From Candidatus Sericytochromatia bacterium (GTDB lineage Bacteria > Cyanobacteriota > Sericytochromatia > UBA7694): a stretch of 64,000 nt of DNA. The first letter of the stretch is position 1. Every line of letters begins with the position of its first letter. The DNA is taken from positions 10,426-74,425 of the forward strand of contig JBIKWL010000002.1 of NCBI GenBank assembly GCA_044356335.1. Reading direction: 5' to 3'. Shown piece by piece: positions 36,908-47,190 of this stretch. The notes below the pieces were generated by a model. The model ran no database searches, was not told the DNA's origin, and saw nothing but the letters and a program-made list of their open reading frames with translations. The position numbers were made by a program, and so were the translations under genes.

Positions 36908-38032
36908 ATGAGTACAGAGACAGCAAACAAAGGGCTCGAAGGCGTTGTCGCCCTGAGTTCCTCCGTTTCATCGATTGTCGATGGCGTTTTAACATACCGC
37001 AGCTACGATATCGACGATCTGGCAGAAAACACCACCTTTGAAGAGGTGATCTATCTGCTCCTGAATGACGATTTACCCACCCAGGCCCAATTGGATCAAT
37101 TGAATCAGGAACTCAGTGACGCTCGTCCTGTCGATCCGGCTTTTCTTGAAGTGCTGAAACAATTTCCAATTACCCATTCACCGATGGAGCGTCTGCGCAC
37201 AGGCATCTCATTATTGGGGCTGTATGATAACGAGTCGGAAGACAATTCAAAAGCCGCCAACCGCCGCAAAGCGATTCGTCTGATCGCCCAAATGCCCACC
37301 GTCATTGCCGCCCAAGAACGAATTCGCCGGGGCAAAGCGCCGGTCGAACCCAAACCCAATCTGAGCACGGCTGCCAGCTTTTTGCAGATGATGCACAATA
37401 CCGATCCCGATCCTGTGGCTGTCGAAGCCCTCGACAAAGCCCTGATCTTACATGCTGACCACGAACTGAATGCCTCGACATTTGCCGCGCGTCAAACTGT
37501 TTCCACCTTGGCAGACATCTATTCTGCTGTGACCTCTGCTATAGGCACCCTCAAAGGCCCCCTTCACGGTGGTGCCAACGAGCAGGTCATCCGCACCCTG
37601 CAAAAAATCGGTGAAGTCAGCAATGTCAAAGATTTTCTGGTTGACGCCCTCGACAATAAAGAGCGCATCATGGGCTTTGGCCACCGGGTCTACAAAGACG
37701 GAGACCCCCGCGCCAAACATCTCAAAAAGATGTCTTATGAGCTGGGCAAAATGAATGGCGAAATGAAGTGGTATGAAATGTCGGATATGCTCGAACAGGA
37801 CATGCTTGAGAAAAAAGGCATGAAACCCAATGTCGACTTCTATTCTGCCAGCGTCTATTTTGTTCTGGGTATTCCCGTCGACCTCTATACCCCGATTTTT
37901 GCTCTCAGCCGCATCAGTGGTTGGGTGGCACATATTCTGGAACAATACGACAACAACCGCCTGATCCGCCCCCGCGCCGACTATACTGGCCCGGCACCAC
38001 GGGTGTCTAAACCAATCGCTGAGCGCGGCTAA
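36908..38032 (+). CDS. gltA: Citrate synthase (short CitZ/PrpC-like type)
   Basis: GLEGV, ADHELNAST, GPLHGGAN, GFGHRVY..GDPR, PNVDF, RISGW, LIRP. Confidence 0.95.
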   Translation: MSTETANKGLEGVVALSSSVSSIVDGVLTYRSYDIDDLAENTTFEEVIYLLLNDDLPTQAQLDQLNQELSDARPVDPAFLEVLKQFPITHSPMERLRTGISLLGLYDNESEDNSKAANRRKAIRLIAQMPTVIAAQERIRRGKAPVEPKPNLSTAASFLQMMHNTDPDPVAVEALDKALILHADHELNASTFAARQTVSTLADIYSAVTSAIGTLKGPLHGGANEQVIRTLQKIGEVSNVKDFLVDALDNKERIMGFGHRVYKDGDPRAKHLKKMSYELGKMNGEMKWYEMSDMLEQDMLEKKGMKPNVDFYSASVYFVLGIPVDLYTPIFALSRISGWVAHILEQYDNNRLIRPRADYTGPAPRVSKPIAERG

Positions 38033-38046
38033 ACATAACCCAACAC

Positions 38047-38074
38047 AAAGGCCTCCCAACAGGGGGCCTTTTTT
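38047..38074. terminator. Bidirectional intrinsic terminator
   Basis: AAAGGCCTCC-caaca-GGGGGCCTTTTTT between convergent genes. Confidence 0.8.
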
Positions 38075-39488
38075 AATGGCGAATATTTTGGCTCAGAATG
38101 AGCCCCAATTGGTAAAGAGCCTGCTCCAAACGCTCTCCCCAAGGCAAATTCAGGCTCAACCGCAAAGCAGGGTATTCCAGCTCGCGGTTGCTAAACAAAG
38201 GTCCTGGGGCAATGCTGATTCCCACAGAGAGGGCCTGTTTGTAAATATCCATGACCGAAGTGCCCACTGGCAATTCCAGCCACAGAATAAAGCCCCCTTC
38301 GGGACGGCTGACGCGAATCCCCTGGGGAAAGTGCTGAGAAATGATCTGCAAAGCCTGAAGCAAGGAACGCTCCAATTGGGGACGCAGCCGCCTCAAATGG
38401 CGTTCATAGGACCCAGAGGCCAGATACTCAGCAATCACCAATTGTTGCAAACTGGCTGTGCCCAACGAGGTCATGCGTTTGAGCTGTAAAAAAGTCTCAA
38501 AATGTTTGCCTGGCAAAGCCCAACCGACACGAAAACCCGGGGCGAGGGTTTTGGAAAAAGACGAACAGAGCAAGACCGATTGTTGCCGATCCAGCGAAAA
38601 CAAAGTGGGAGGAGGCTCGCGAAAATAAAATTCGCCGTAAATATCATCTTCGATGATTTGCAAACCACTGCGGGCTGCAATCGCCAATAAGCGCAGCTTG
38701 TTTTCAACCGGCATACAGGTACCAAGTGGATTCTGAAAGCTGGGAATGGTTAACAAGACCCGAATCGGGTGTTGTTTTAAAGCCAGTTCGAAGGCATCCA
38801 GATCGAGGCCTGTAGCGGGGTCGGTTGGCAGCTCCAGAACCCGCATGCCGAGGCTTTCTATCGCTTGCAAAATGCCATAAAAAGTCGGGCTTTCGACCGC
38901 GACCAAGTCACCGGGTTTGGCCAGGGTGCGTAAAGCCAAATTCAAAGCCTCCATGCAGCCAGAGGTAATCACGACCTCCTGAAAGCCAATCGGCCGGGCC
39001 GAATCGAGGGTGCGGCGGGCAATCTGGCGGCGCAGCCCTTCAAAACCCGCAGTGGGCGCATAGGTATGATTTTCGGGGCTGCCTGCCAAACGGGCAATCA
39101 GGCGGCTGAGATGTTTGACCGGCAAAAACGAAGGATCGAGAATGGTTGAGCCCAAAGGCAGAATTCCCGGTCGGCGGCTTTCATCGAGAATTTGGCTGAT
39201 AAAGGCATTTTTGCCGACCTGCGCCGGGGGATCGGGTGCCGAAGTGGCATGGGGCAAAGCCAAAGCAGGGGGACGCAGACAGACATAATAACCTGATTGG
39301 GGACGGGCCTCCAAATAGCCCTGGGCCTCCAATTGCAGATAGGCCTGAGAAACTGTGGCGATACTCACCTGGCGGTTTTCACTCAAAGAACGCAAAGAGG
39401 GCAGGCGCTCACCTGGTTGAAAGGTGCCTTTGTCAATCAGGTGAATGATCTCGTTGGCCAATTGGGCATAGAGAAAAGCAGGGGCCAT
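38073..39488 (-). CDS. MocR/GabR-family regulator (GntR HTH plus PLP aminotransferase domain)
   Basis: GERLPSLR..VSIATVSQAY HTH; FQNPLG, EDDIY, SFSKTLAPGFRVGW. Confidence 0.95.
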   Translation of the reverse strand: MAPAFLYAQLANEIIHLIDKGTFQPGERLPSLRSLSENRQVSIATVSQAYLQLEAQGYLEARPQSGYYVCLRPPALALPHATSAPDPPAQVGKNAFISQILDESRRPGILPLGSTILDPSFLPVKHLSRLIARLAGSPENHTYAPTAGFEGLRRQIARRTLDSARPIGFQEVVITSGCMEALNLALRTLAKPGDLVAVESPTFYGILQAIESLGMRVLELPTDPATGLDLDAFELALKQHPIRVLLTIPSFQNPLGTCMPVENKLRLLAIAARSGLQIIEDDIYGEFYFREPPPTLFSLDRQQSVLLCSSFSKTLAPGFRVGWALPGKHFETFLQLKRMTSLGTASLQQLVIAEYLASGSYERHLRRLRPQLERSLLQALQIISQHFPQGIRVSRPEGGFILWLELPVGTSVMDIYKQALSVGISIAPGPLFSNRELEYPALRLSLNLPWGERLEQALYQLGLILSQNIRH

Positions 39489-39504
39489 GGAAGTGTCTCC
39501 TCAA

Positions 39505-39544
39505 AACTGTTATGGTCAAAATTAGAAAAACTATATCTGTTATG
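39505..39544. promoter_or_regulatory. Probable MocR operator in the divergent promoter
   Basis: CTGTTATG direct repeat at 39507-39514 and 39537-39544. Confidence 0.55.
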
Positions 39545-39588
39545 CTTTTTCATTTTAACGTATGCTAATCATCAAGGAGAAAACAACC

Positions 39589-40641
39589 ATGTCAAACCCC
39601 ATCAACAGTGAGATCCGCAGCACCCTCCGTCAACATCCGGAAAGAGCCTGCAACGAGTCTATTCAGGCGATTTTGAGCGAGGGCTATCTGGCCCATGTTG
39701 GCTATAGCGAAAAAGACCAGACCTATATTATTCCCTTTTCGTACCAGTATGACTCCTCAGAACCCGATATGATTTACCTGCATGGTAGCCACGCCAGCCG
39801 CACCCTCAAATACCTGGCCACAGGCGTTCCTGCTTGTCTGGAAGTCACCCAAATCGATGGATTGGTCTATTCTCGCAGCGCCAAATACCATTCGATGAAT
39901 TACCGCTCGGTGGTCTGTTTTGGCAACTGCCAAGAAATCACCGACCTGGCCTTTAAACGGGAGATGTTGGACCAAATGATCGGACGTTATTATCCTGGGC
40001 GCAGTGCGGAGCAGGACTATGATTCAGCCCCTGAGTCCCAATTGAAAGGCACCCTGGTGGTGGGTTTTAAGATTTCTCAGGCCAGTGCAAAACAGCGCCA
40101 AGGCGGCCCCAAAGGGCCCAACGATGCTGAGATCTTTGCCCAGGGCCAGTGTGGTGTAGTCCCCCTCAAAGCCTCAGAACCCCATTGGCGCGCGGCGATC
40201 TGGAGCCAAGCCCCTTTTCAAATTTCCACAGAAAAAAGCCGGATTGTGCCAGATAAACTTTATGCCCTGCTCAAACCGACCTATTGGAATGATCGCCTGA
40301 CCCCCGATGGCCTGCTGCGGCGCATCGAAAACTCTCTCTGTTTTGGCCTCTACCACGAAGCCGAATTGATTGGCTTTGCCCGTTTGGTCACCGATTACGA
40401 CAGTTTTGCCTATCTCGCTGACGTGATCATTGCCGCTGAGTGGCGGGGTCAGGGCCTGGGCAATTGGCTGGTGGCCTGCGTATTGGAGCATCCGATTATG
40501 GCCCAACTGCGTTGGTGTCTGCTCTCAACCCGCGATGCCCACGAAATTTACCGCAGACAGGGTTTTCAGGCCCACGGCAACCCCGAAAAATTGATGGTAT
40601 ATATCCCACCGCATATGCAAGGAGATCCAAGCTTTCAATGA
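39589..40641 (+). CDS. Pyridoxamine-phosphate-oxidase-like (NimA-type FMN-binding) domain fused to GNAT acetyltransferase
   Basis: IYLHGS, HSMNYRSVVCFG; C-terminal GFARLVTD..AYLADV..RGQGLG; AAGGAG RBS. Confidence 0.88.
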   Translation: MSNPINSEIRSTLRQHPERACNESIQAILSEGYLAHVGYSEKDQTYIIPFSYQYDSSEPDMIYLHGSHASRTLKYLATGVPACLEVTQIDGLVYSRSAKYHSMNYRSVVCFGNCQEITDLAFKREMLDQMIGRYYPGRSAEQDYDSAPESQLKGTLVVGFKISQASAKQRQGGPKGPNDAEIFAQGQCGVVPLKASEPHWRAAIWSQAPFQISTEKSRIVPDKLYALLKPTYWNDRLTPDGLLRRIENSLCFGLYHEAELIGFARLVTDYDSFAYLADVIIAAEWRGQGLGNWLVACVLEHPIMAQLRWCLLSTRDAHEIYRRQGFQAHGNPEKLMVYIPPHMQGDPSFQ

Positions 40642-41519
40642 ACACCTCGCCCCCCCAAAAACGGGCTTATCTCTGGCTTGATGTCTTTACCAACACCCCC
40701 TTGGCAGGCAATCCCCTGGCTGTGGTACTGGATTCACAAGGGCTGGATACAGCAACGATGCAGGCCATCGCCCGCGAATTTAATCTTTCGGAAACCACCT
40801 TTGTGCTGACCCCAGAGAACCCTGAAAATACTTGCAAAGTAAGGATTTTCACCCCCAGCAAAGAATTACCTTTTGCCGGCCACCCCACCTTGGGAACCGC
40901 TTGGGCTGTGAACTACAGCAAGCAACTCAAGGCTTCGATCTTGCACTTGGAAGAGGGGGTGGGCACTGTCCCGGTCACACTTTTGCCCAATGGCTCACTG
41001 GAATTGGAAGTGATCTCCCCGCCAACGTATGCGCCACTTCCGATCAGCTCAACGCTCTTGGCCGAAGGGTTGGGGATCGAAGCCGAAAGCATCGGCTGGA
41101 ATGGGTATCTACCCCAAATTGTGTCCTGTGGTGTGGCTTATAGCCTGATTCCCATTAATCACCTGGAAGCAATCCAAAAAGCCCGCTATGGCTGGATGCC
41201 AGATCACCCACTGCTTGAGGCCTATCCAGCACTGGGAGAGATCTATCTGGTCTGTCCCGAAACCGAAGATCCCCAAGCAAATTTCCATGTGCGCCTCTTT
41301 GCCCCAGGAGCAGGGGTCGCTGAAGACCCCGCCACCGGCTCAGCAGCCGCAGCACTTGGTGCTTGGCTACTCAAACACAGCTCTGAAATAGGCCCTTGGT
41401 TATTGGAACAGGGCTCTGAAATAGGCAGAACAAGCCAATTGTGGGTTCGGCTCGATGGGCAACGGATTTTTGTGCGGGGACAAGTCGTCTTGGTTTCGCA
41501 AGGTGACCTAAGGGTATGA
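40638..41519 (+). CDS. PhzF-family isomerase
   Basis: DVFT..GNPLAVV, NLSETTF, ELPFAGHPTLG, EDPATGSA; ATGA overlap with the upstream gene. Confidence 0.95.
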   Translation: MNTSPPQKRAYLWLDVFTNTPLAGNPLAVVLDSQGLDTATMQAIAREFNLSETTFVLTPENPENTCKVRIFTPSKELPFAGHPTLGTAWAVNYSKQLKASILHLEEGVGTVPVTLLPNGSLELEVISPPTYAPLPISSTLLAEGLGIEAESIGWNGYLPQIVSCGVAYSLIPINHLEAIQKARYGWMPDHPLLEAYPALGEIYLVCPETEDPQANFHVRLFAPGAGVAEDPATGSAAAALGAWLLKHSSEIGPWLLEQGSEIGRTSQLWVRLDGQRIFVRGQVVLVSQGDLRV

Positions 41520-41741
41520 TTCTCTTGAAAGGAAAAATTGCAAAAGCTATTGATGTTGACAACAATCCATTACCTTAACTAAAATTCAGTCAGTATTTCA
41601 GAAAATCTTAAAAATTCTTCAATCATAGTTCCCTTCGATTCAGGTGGTTTCGAAGTCTAAAAACTTAAATCAGCCACAAATAAACTGCTCTAAAATGAGT
41701 ATTAACCGTTTATACCAAATCGAGATTCGGCCCTTCAAACA

Positions 41742-43388
41742 ATGTCAAAACGATCGGAAATGGAACCTCAAAATCGCGATTTGCCTCAGGATGGCCTAGC
41801 AGGCTTAAGGGAAAATTGGCGCTTTGATTTAAGCTCTGGCTTTCAAATTGCCTTGATTGCGTTGCCCTTGTCTTTGGGTATCGCTTTGGCATCCGGCATG
41901 CCACCGATGGCTGGTTTGATTGCAGCCATTGTGGGGGGCATGGTGGTTTCTCTGATCAGTGGTTCATTTGTCACCATTACAGGCCCTGCTGCGGGTTTGA
42001 TCGTGATTGTTTTAGGGGGGATAGAGACCCTGGGGCAGGGCAATGCTGTGGCGGGTTACCGCTATACCCTTGCGGCGATTGTGATTGCTGGATTGATTGA
42101 AGCAGCCTTGGGGCTATTTAAAGCAGGCAAGCTCAGCGCCTATTTTCCAGAAGCAGTCATCCATGGCATGTTGGCAGCCATTGGGGTCATTATTTTATCG
42201 AAACAAATTCACGTCATTTTCGGGGTCAAGCCGCACAGTCACGACACTCTCAGAGTAATAACCGAAATTCCCAATAGTATTATGCATGCCAATCCAGATG
42301 TTGCCCTGATTGGTTTGATCTGCCTGGGGGTGACCCTTTTGTGGAGCCTAATTCCTTGGGATTCGCTCAAAAAAATACCAATCCCACTCTTGGTCGTGTT
42401 TCTGGGCATATCTTTGGGTCATGTCATGGAGCTACAAAAAGAACATACTTCAACCTTCTTGGGCTCTCCCCATTTGGTCGGTCCTCAATTTTTACTTAAT
42501 TTGCCTGCAAATCTGGCCCAGGGTATTGTCTTTCCCGATTTTGGAAAAATCGCCTCTCCGGCTTTTTGGGGAGTTGTTTTGAGTCTTTCATTGATCGGCA
42601 GCCTGGAAAGCCTCTTGAGCGCTCTCGCTGTAGATAAATTGGATATCTATGGCCGTAAATCAAATCTTAATCGCGATGTGTTTGCCGTAGGGATTGGCAC
42701 AGCGATCTCAGGGATGCTGGGTGGGCTGCCGATCATTTCAGAAATTGTCAGAAGTTCAGCCAATATCAGCAATGGAGGCCGCACCCGCTGGGCCAACTTT
42801 TTCCACGGTCTGTTTATTCTGCTCTCGATTCTTTTATTGCCCGGCTTAATCCAACAGATTCCGCTGACTGCCCTGGCGGCTTTACTGGTCTATATAGGCT
42901 ACCGTTTGGCATCACCCAAAGAATTTGTGCATACGTATCTTTTAGGCAAAGAGCAATTGGTTATTTTTGTGGTGACCTTGTTATCGGCTTTGGCCACCGA
43001 TTTACTGATCGGCGTGGCCTGTGGGATAGTCGTCAATGTGTTTGTCGTAGCCCTTCAGGGAGCTCCCTTTCAAGATCTTTTTCAAGTCAAAGGCCAGCTC
43101 GAGGAGCCAGAATCAGGTCAATGGGTCTTTCGCAGTCAGGGAGCTTTGGTATTTTCAAACCTGATTGGTCTCAAACAAATATTGGAATCTCTGCCACTCG
43201 AAAAAAATATTCGGATTGAACTCAATGAGTCTTCACTGGTGGACCATACGGTGATGGTCTATCTAAAACAATTTGCTGAAGATTATCATCGACTCAGGGG
43301 ACAATGTGATATTCTCGGCTTGGAAAAACACAGCTCTGTGTCAACTCACCCTTTGGCAACCCGTAAAAAACAAAATGTCGCAGTGTAA
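41742..43388 (+). CDS. SulP-family anion (bicarbonate/sulfate) transporter with STAS-like C-terminus
   Basis: ALPLSLGIALASG, GPAAGL, SEIVRSSAN, many TMs, VDHT motif. Confidence 0.93.
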   Translation: MSKRSEMEPQNRDLPQDGLAGLRENWRFDLSSGFQIALIALPLSLGIALASGMPPMAGLIAAIVGGMVVSLISGSFVTITGPAAGLIVIVLGGIETLGQGNAVAGYRYTLAAIVIAGLIEAALGLFKAGKLSAYFPEAVIHGMLAAIGVIILSKQIHVIFGVKPHSHDTLRVITEIPNSIMHANPDVALIGLICLGVTLLWSLIPWDSLKKIPIPLLVVFLGISLGHVMELQKEHTSTFLGSPHLVGPQFLLNLPANLAQGIVFPDFGKIASPAFWGVVLSLSLIGSLESLLSALAVDKLDIYGRKSNLNRDVFAVGIGTAISGMLGGLPIISEIVRSSANISNGGRTRWANFFHGLFILLSILLLPGLIQQIPLTALAALLVYIGYRLASPKEFVHTYLLGKEQLVIFVVTLLSALATDLLIGVACGIVVNVFVVALQGAPFQDLFQVKGQLEEPESGQWVFRSQGALVFSNLIGLKQILESLPLEKNIRIELNESSLVDHTVMVYLKQFAEDYHRLRGQCDILGLEKHSSVSTHPLATRKKQNVAV

Positions 43389-43401
43389 TAATGTCAATTG
43401 C

Positions 43402-45684
43402 TCAATGACGATTATCACCAATATAATTGGTACCCAACCCCTTTGCATAAGGTATTGATACACCCGCTATTTCTTTGCCTTTCTTGGCACCTTCACCATC
43501 GGTAAAACTACGATTCAGCATGGTTTCTGAAACAATCCATCCTTTATCAGCGACCTTCCCTAGCACAGCCATCATCTCAGACTGGACGCGTGCGTAGTTG
43601 TATCCTTCATTGGCAAGCTTACCCTTAGAATCAATTTCCACACGGAAACGATCCACCTCCCGTTTCTCAAAATCGCACATAGTCGGATAAATTTCTGTAC
43701 CACGGCTGGTCACACGCGCCAATTTAAAGCCGTGGGCATGAAGTACTGGCTCCAGTTCCTGCGCACGAACATGATAGAAAGCTTGGATAAGCTTGATACT
43801 TTCTCTATCAAAATGCGCCAATAAAGCAAGGGCTTGTTTGTACTTCATTTGTTTCAGACTATCGCTAAATCGCGCTGAAAAAATCTCAGTTAATTTCATT
43901 TCAGTCAATACCTGGCCAAAAATCAGCTCAGATACGTCAGGATTTGCATCCATAAATCTATTTAAGACTCTTGAACTGTATTGAGAAAAACTGCGAACTG
44001 ACTGAATACTAACCACATTTCCTTGATTAAAAATTGCGTTTAGATCAATGCCAGATGTTTTTTTAAAAGCAGCAGTTACAGCAGGATCAATGATTGACGT
44101 TGTTTGGTCAACAGAACCATCGCCTAAAAAATTCACTTTCATGCCTGAATCATCAACGAACATGTCAAAACCAACTATCCTTGAATTGGCTCGGACAGGA
44201 TTGGGTGGAATGTTTCGGTTTACATAACCAACCCAGTTAGAACTTCCTGGCTCCATCTCTTTCGCATATTGCTCATAGGAACGCAAAACACGCTCAAATA
44301 AGGGTTTAAGCTCAATATCGGCACGCAATAGAGCAATTTGTTTGATGGTTTTTTCAGGATCTGCTACTTTAAGCTGTTTTAATTCAACAATTTTCTCAGC
44401 GATTAATTCTGCAAATTCCTGTGTGCCTGGCTTTTCTTTTCCCTTCGCTTCCTGGTAAGGACCTCTTTTGATATCACCGACATAATAGCCGTCTGCTAGC
44501 ACCTCAAGGATGGCTGTTTTTATCAATTCAGCGGCGATCATATTTTTCTTACCACCGATATGCAACAGCATCTCAGCAGCCGCATCTATCAAGGCGACCG
44601 GATTGGCCTTATTCTGACCAGCAATATCGTCAGCAGTGCCCCCCATGGTCTCAAACATAGATACAGCCTTTGGGTTATTGGGATTGGTATTATTAGAGCT
44701 GACCAAGCCAACACCACCACTGACCTTTGCAGCAATATCCGAGCCGATATCACCGAACATATTGGTAGTAACGATAACATCAAAATTTTCTGGCACAGCG
44801 GCGATTGCTGCCAGACCATCATCGATAATCATAAAGTTGGCGTCAATACAGCGATCACCAAGATTTTCTCGGTTGTAATCTTGAGCTACTTTCAAGAAGG
44901 TTTCTTTAAACAAACCGCCTGTGATTTTTAGAATATTTGGTTTTTCCAAAGCTGTCACTTTCTTTCGTCCATCACGTAGCGCGGCTTCGAATGCTGCACG
45001 GCAAATCAATTCACAACCTTCCGGTGTCTGGTGACGGAGCGCTTGCGGATAGTTGCGTCCGAGGGAATGTTCTATCGAAGCATATAAATCTTCCACATTT
45101 TCCCGTACAAAAAGAATGTCCACACCTTTCATTCCGGGAGCGAGAGGATCGAGCGTAACACAACGGCGAATATTGGCATACTGCTCAAAGGCTTTACGAA
45201 TGGTTACATTACGGCTCGGCTCATTTCCTTCATCCAGTGTCCTGAGAGCACCTTTAAGTACAGCCGATGAGTGAGAGGCATCGAGCAGTGTCTGTTTTTC
45301 CAAATTACTGACAAGCGTCTTTACCGTTTTCAAGACTTCCGAGGGTAGCTTTGCTAACAATTTTTTGTAAAAATCATTGATGTTGCCACCAGCACGGGCT
45401 TCTTCTTTTGCTTGTCCTTCAAGCCGATTTGCAAGAAGGAGCGGATCTTCGCTGCCAAAATAGCGCGCATATATTTCTGGCGATTTTGACTTAAGCATCA
45501 AAAATAAATCATTGGCATCAGGATAACCAAGACTGCCCTCTAAATAACTGATACTGACACCCGTTGCAGCCAACACTTTTTTGGTAGCATCCACACATTC
45601 AGGGCCAATACCTTGGCCTTTGACCACCAAAATTTTATTCACATCCACGCCGTCTGGCTTTTCTACATTCGCTCTGGAATTCAT
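43402..45684 (-). CDS. icd: Isocitrate dehydrogenase-family decarboxylating dehydrogenase with large insertions
   Basis: GQGIGPE, SRNVTIRK..YANIR, RENVEDLY, KPNILK, NMFGDIGSD, DIAGQNKANP; C-terminal VGFDMFVD..TSRG..YP domain. Confidence 0.8.
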   Translation of the reverse strand: MNSRANVEKPDGVDVNKILVVKGQGIGPECVDATKKVLAATGVSISYLEGSLGYPDANDLFLMLKSKSPEIYARYFGSEDPLLLANRLEGQAKEEARAGGNINDFYKKLLAKLPSEVLKTVKTLVSNLEKQTLLDASHSSAVLKGALRTLDEGNEPSRNVTIRKAFEQYANIRRCVTLDPLAPGMKGVDILFVRENVEDLYASIEHSLGRNYPQALRHQTPEGCELICRAAFEAALRDGRKKVTALEKPNILKITGGLFKETFLKVAQDYNRENLGDRCIDANFMIIDDGLAAIAAVPENFDVIVTTNMFGDIGSDIAAKVSGGVGLVSSNNTNPNNPKAVSMFETMGGTADDIAGQNKANPVALIDAAAEMLLHIGGKKNMIAAELIKTAILEVLADGYYVGDIKRGPYQEAKGKEKPGTQEFAELIAEKIVELKQLKVADPEKTIKQIALLRADIELKPLFERVLRSYEQYAKEMEPGSSNWVGYVNRNIPPNPVRANSRIVGFDMFVDDSGMKVNFLGDGSVDQTTSIIDPAVTAAFKKTSGIDLNAIFNQGNVVSIQSVRSFSQYSSRVLNRFMDANPDVSELIFGQVLTEMKLTEIFSARFSDSLKQMKYKQALALLAHFDRESIKLIQAFYHVRAQELEPVLHAHGFKLARVTSRGTEIYPTMCDFEKREVDRFRVEIDSKGKLANEGYNYARVQSEMMAVLGKVADKGWIVSETMLNRSFTDGEGAKKGKEIAGVSIPYAKGLGTNYIGDNRH

Positions 45685-45696
45685 TATTTCAGCTCC

Positions 45697-45724
45697 TAAT
45701 TTAACAGTATATTTAATTTAACAG
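45697..45724 (-). promoter_or_regulatory. 11-bp direct repeat just upstream of the icd RBS
   Basis: Minus strand CTGTTAAATTA-aatata-CTGTTAAATTA-GGAG..ATG. Confidence 0.4.
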
Positions 45725-45777
45725 CGAAACAACTCAGCTTATTACCACTAAAAAGCAATATCATTAAATAGCCCACT

Positions 45778-47190
45778 TCAGGGCAGGGGTAAAGCACTTT
45801 CTTGAAGCAATCCCAAGGCAGTAATATATTCCGCCCAGCTTTTAAACCAAACTTCCAAGGCTTCGATCTCTTCGTTCATAGCTTCTCCGCGGGCCTGTTC
45901 ACGCAGATTTAAAACGAGCAAGGTTGTTGCTCCCAATGCAAAGCGATCACGCTCAGCCATTTCAAGCTCCAAAGCAACTTTTACCTGTTGGCGAACCAAT
46001 TCCAGACGTTGCTGAGCAGCCTGCAAAACGGTGACTAAATTCTGAATTTCAACCTCTATCTCTTCGCGACTAAAACGCAGCTCCCACTCCAATTGCTGTT
46101 TTTCGGCCTCAAGTGTCTGCAGCAAACCTCGGGCCTTCCGGAATTGAATGGGCCATTCAAATCCCAATCCTGCTTCTAACTCTAAAGGTTCACGGGTTTT
46201 GTCATTGCCACCAAGATCTTTGGATATACCAAAGTTCAAATCCAATTGGGGCAAATTTTGATTCTCGGCCCAAAGCCGAGCCAGGCGATTCTGTTCTAAT
46301 TGCAGCTCCAAATCCAAGGGCTCGGGCCGAGATTGCAATGCGGTGGCAAGTAAAGAAATTAAACGTTTAACGTCGAGGGAAGGTAAGAAGGGAAATTGTC
46401 CTGGCGCAGATATTTGGGGCAGTTGAGGTCGACCTTCTGAGTTTCGCAATAAAAATAACGATAATTCCCAAGCTGTTTGCTGTTGTTTTTGTTGCGCTTC
46501 GACCAGTTTGGCCTGCCTTTTTAAAAGCGAGGTTTGGTTTTCGGTTAAAAGAATCCGAGGGGATTGTCCCAAAGCAACACTTTGACTCAAATCGTCATTG
46601 CGCTTCTGAGCCAAGAGCAACAAATCTTTTGCCAATTCTTGTTTTTTCGCAGCAGCAACCCAAGCCCAATACTGTTTACTGGCCATTTTTATAAATTTGA
46701 GTTGCTTTTCAAAAACACCTAATCGGGCACGCTCTAAATCCAATTCTGCTTGGGCAATTTCGAGCCGCGGCAAATCAATGGCATTGTCACGCAACAAGGG
46801 CAATTGGAATCCCGAACGAAGCTCTCCGAGTCCATCCGTCATTTTTTTTCCATCATAAGTGGCAAACTCTCCAGCACCCAACCGATAGCCGCCATAAAAA
46901 GTCAAACCAGCCACAGGCGTCGCCTGTTCAACCACACCATCCAGTACCACCTGTTCATAATAACCCAGTGGAACCAGACTGCTTTTGGCTTTAAACTTGG
47001 TATCAAAGGCGCCGCGTTTTTGTAGCAATTTGCCTTCGGCCATCTTCAATTTCTCACGGGCAGCCAAAAGGGGTGGATAACGTTGATCCAAGGATTTTAA
47101 TACTGCATCCAGCGTGAGAGCCTCTGCCTGGTTGGCTGTGAAGAGGAGTGCCCAAACACTTAGCCAACAGAATTTCCGGAACATGTTCAT
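45778..47190 (-). CDS. TolC-family outer membrane channel
   Basis: Signal peptide; GAFD; LPLLRDN; NLPQLDL; ERDRFALG..LNLRE. Confidence 0.92.
   Translation of the reverse strand: MNMFRKFCWLSVWALLFTANQAEALTLDAVLKSLDQRYPPLLAAREKLKMAEGKLLQKRGAFDTKFKAKSSLVPLGYYEQVVLDGVVEQATPVAGLTFYGGYRLGAGEFATYDGKKMTDGLGELRSGFQLPLLRDNAIDLPRLEIAQAELDLERARLGVFEKQLKFIKMASKQYWAWVAAAKKQELAKDLLLLAQKRNDDLSQSVALGQSPRILLTENQTSLLKRQAKLVEAQQKQQQTAWELSLFLLRNSEGRPQLPQISAPGQFPFLPSLDVKRLISLLATALQSRPEPLDLELQLEQNRLARLWAENQNLPQLDLNFGISKDLGGNDKTREPLELEAGLGFEWPIQFRKARGLLQTLEAEKQQLEWELRFSREEIEVEIQNLVTVLQAAQQRLELVRQQVKVALELEMAERDRFALGATTLLVLNLREQARGEAMNEEIEALEVWFKSWAEYITALGLLQESALPLP

Noticed and set aside
1984-40637. Longer N-termini in the ORF track (starts 1984, 10397, 13137, 14481, 19329, 22085, 28117, 33963, 40440)
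   Set aside because: They overlap neighbouring genes or promoters. Downstream ATGs have better RBS, translational coupling or paralog alignment.
40638-41519. Phenazine biosynthesis cluster
   Set aside because: Lone PhzF-family gene; no phzA/B/D/E nearby.
41520-41741. Possible tRNA or att site at the left edge of the AT-rich block (GTTCCCTTCGATTC)
   Set aside because: No cloverleaf or CCA end could be folded, and no matching repeat was seen at the right edge.
43402-45684. Insertions in icd as inteins
   Set aside because: No C/S start with a terminal HN-C/S/T junction and no LAGLIDADG motif.
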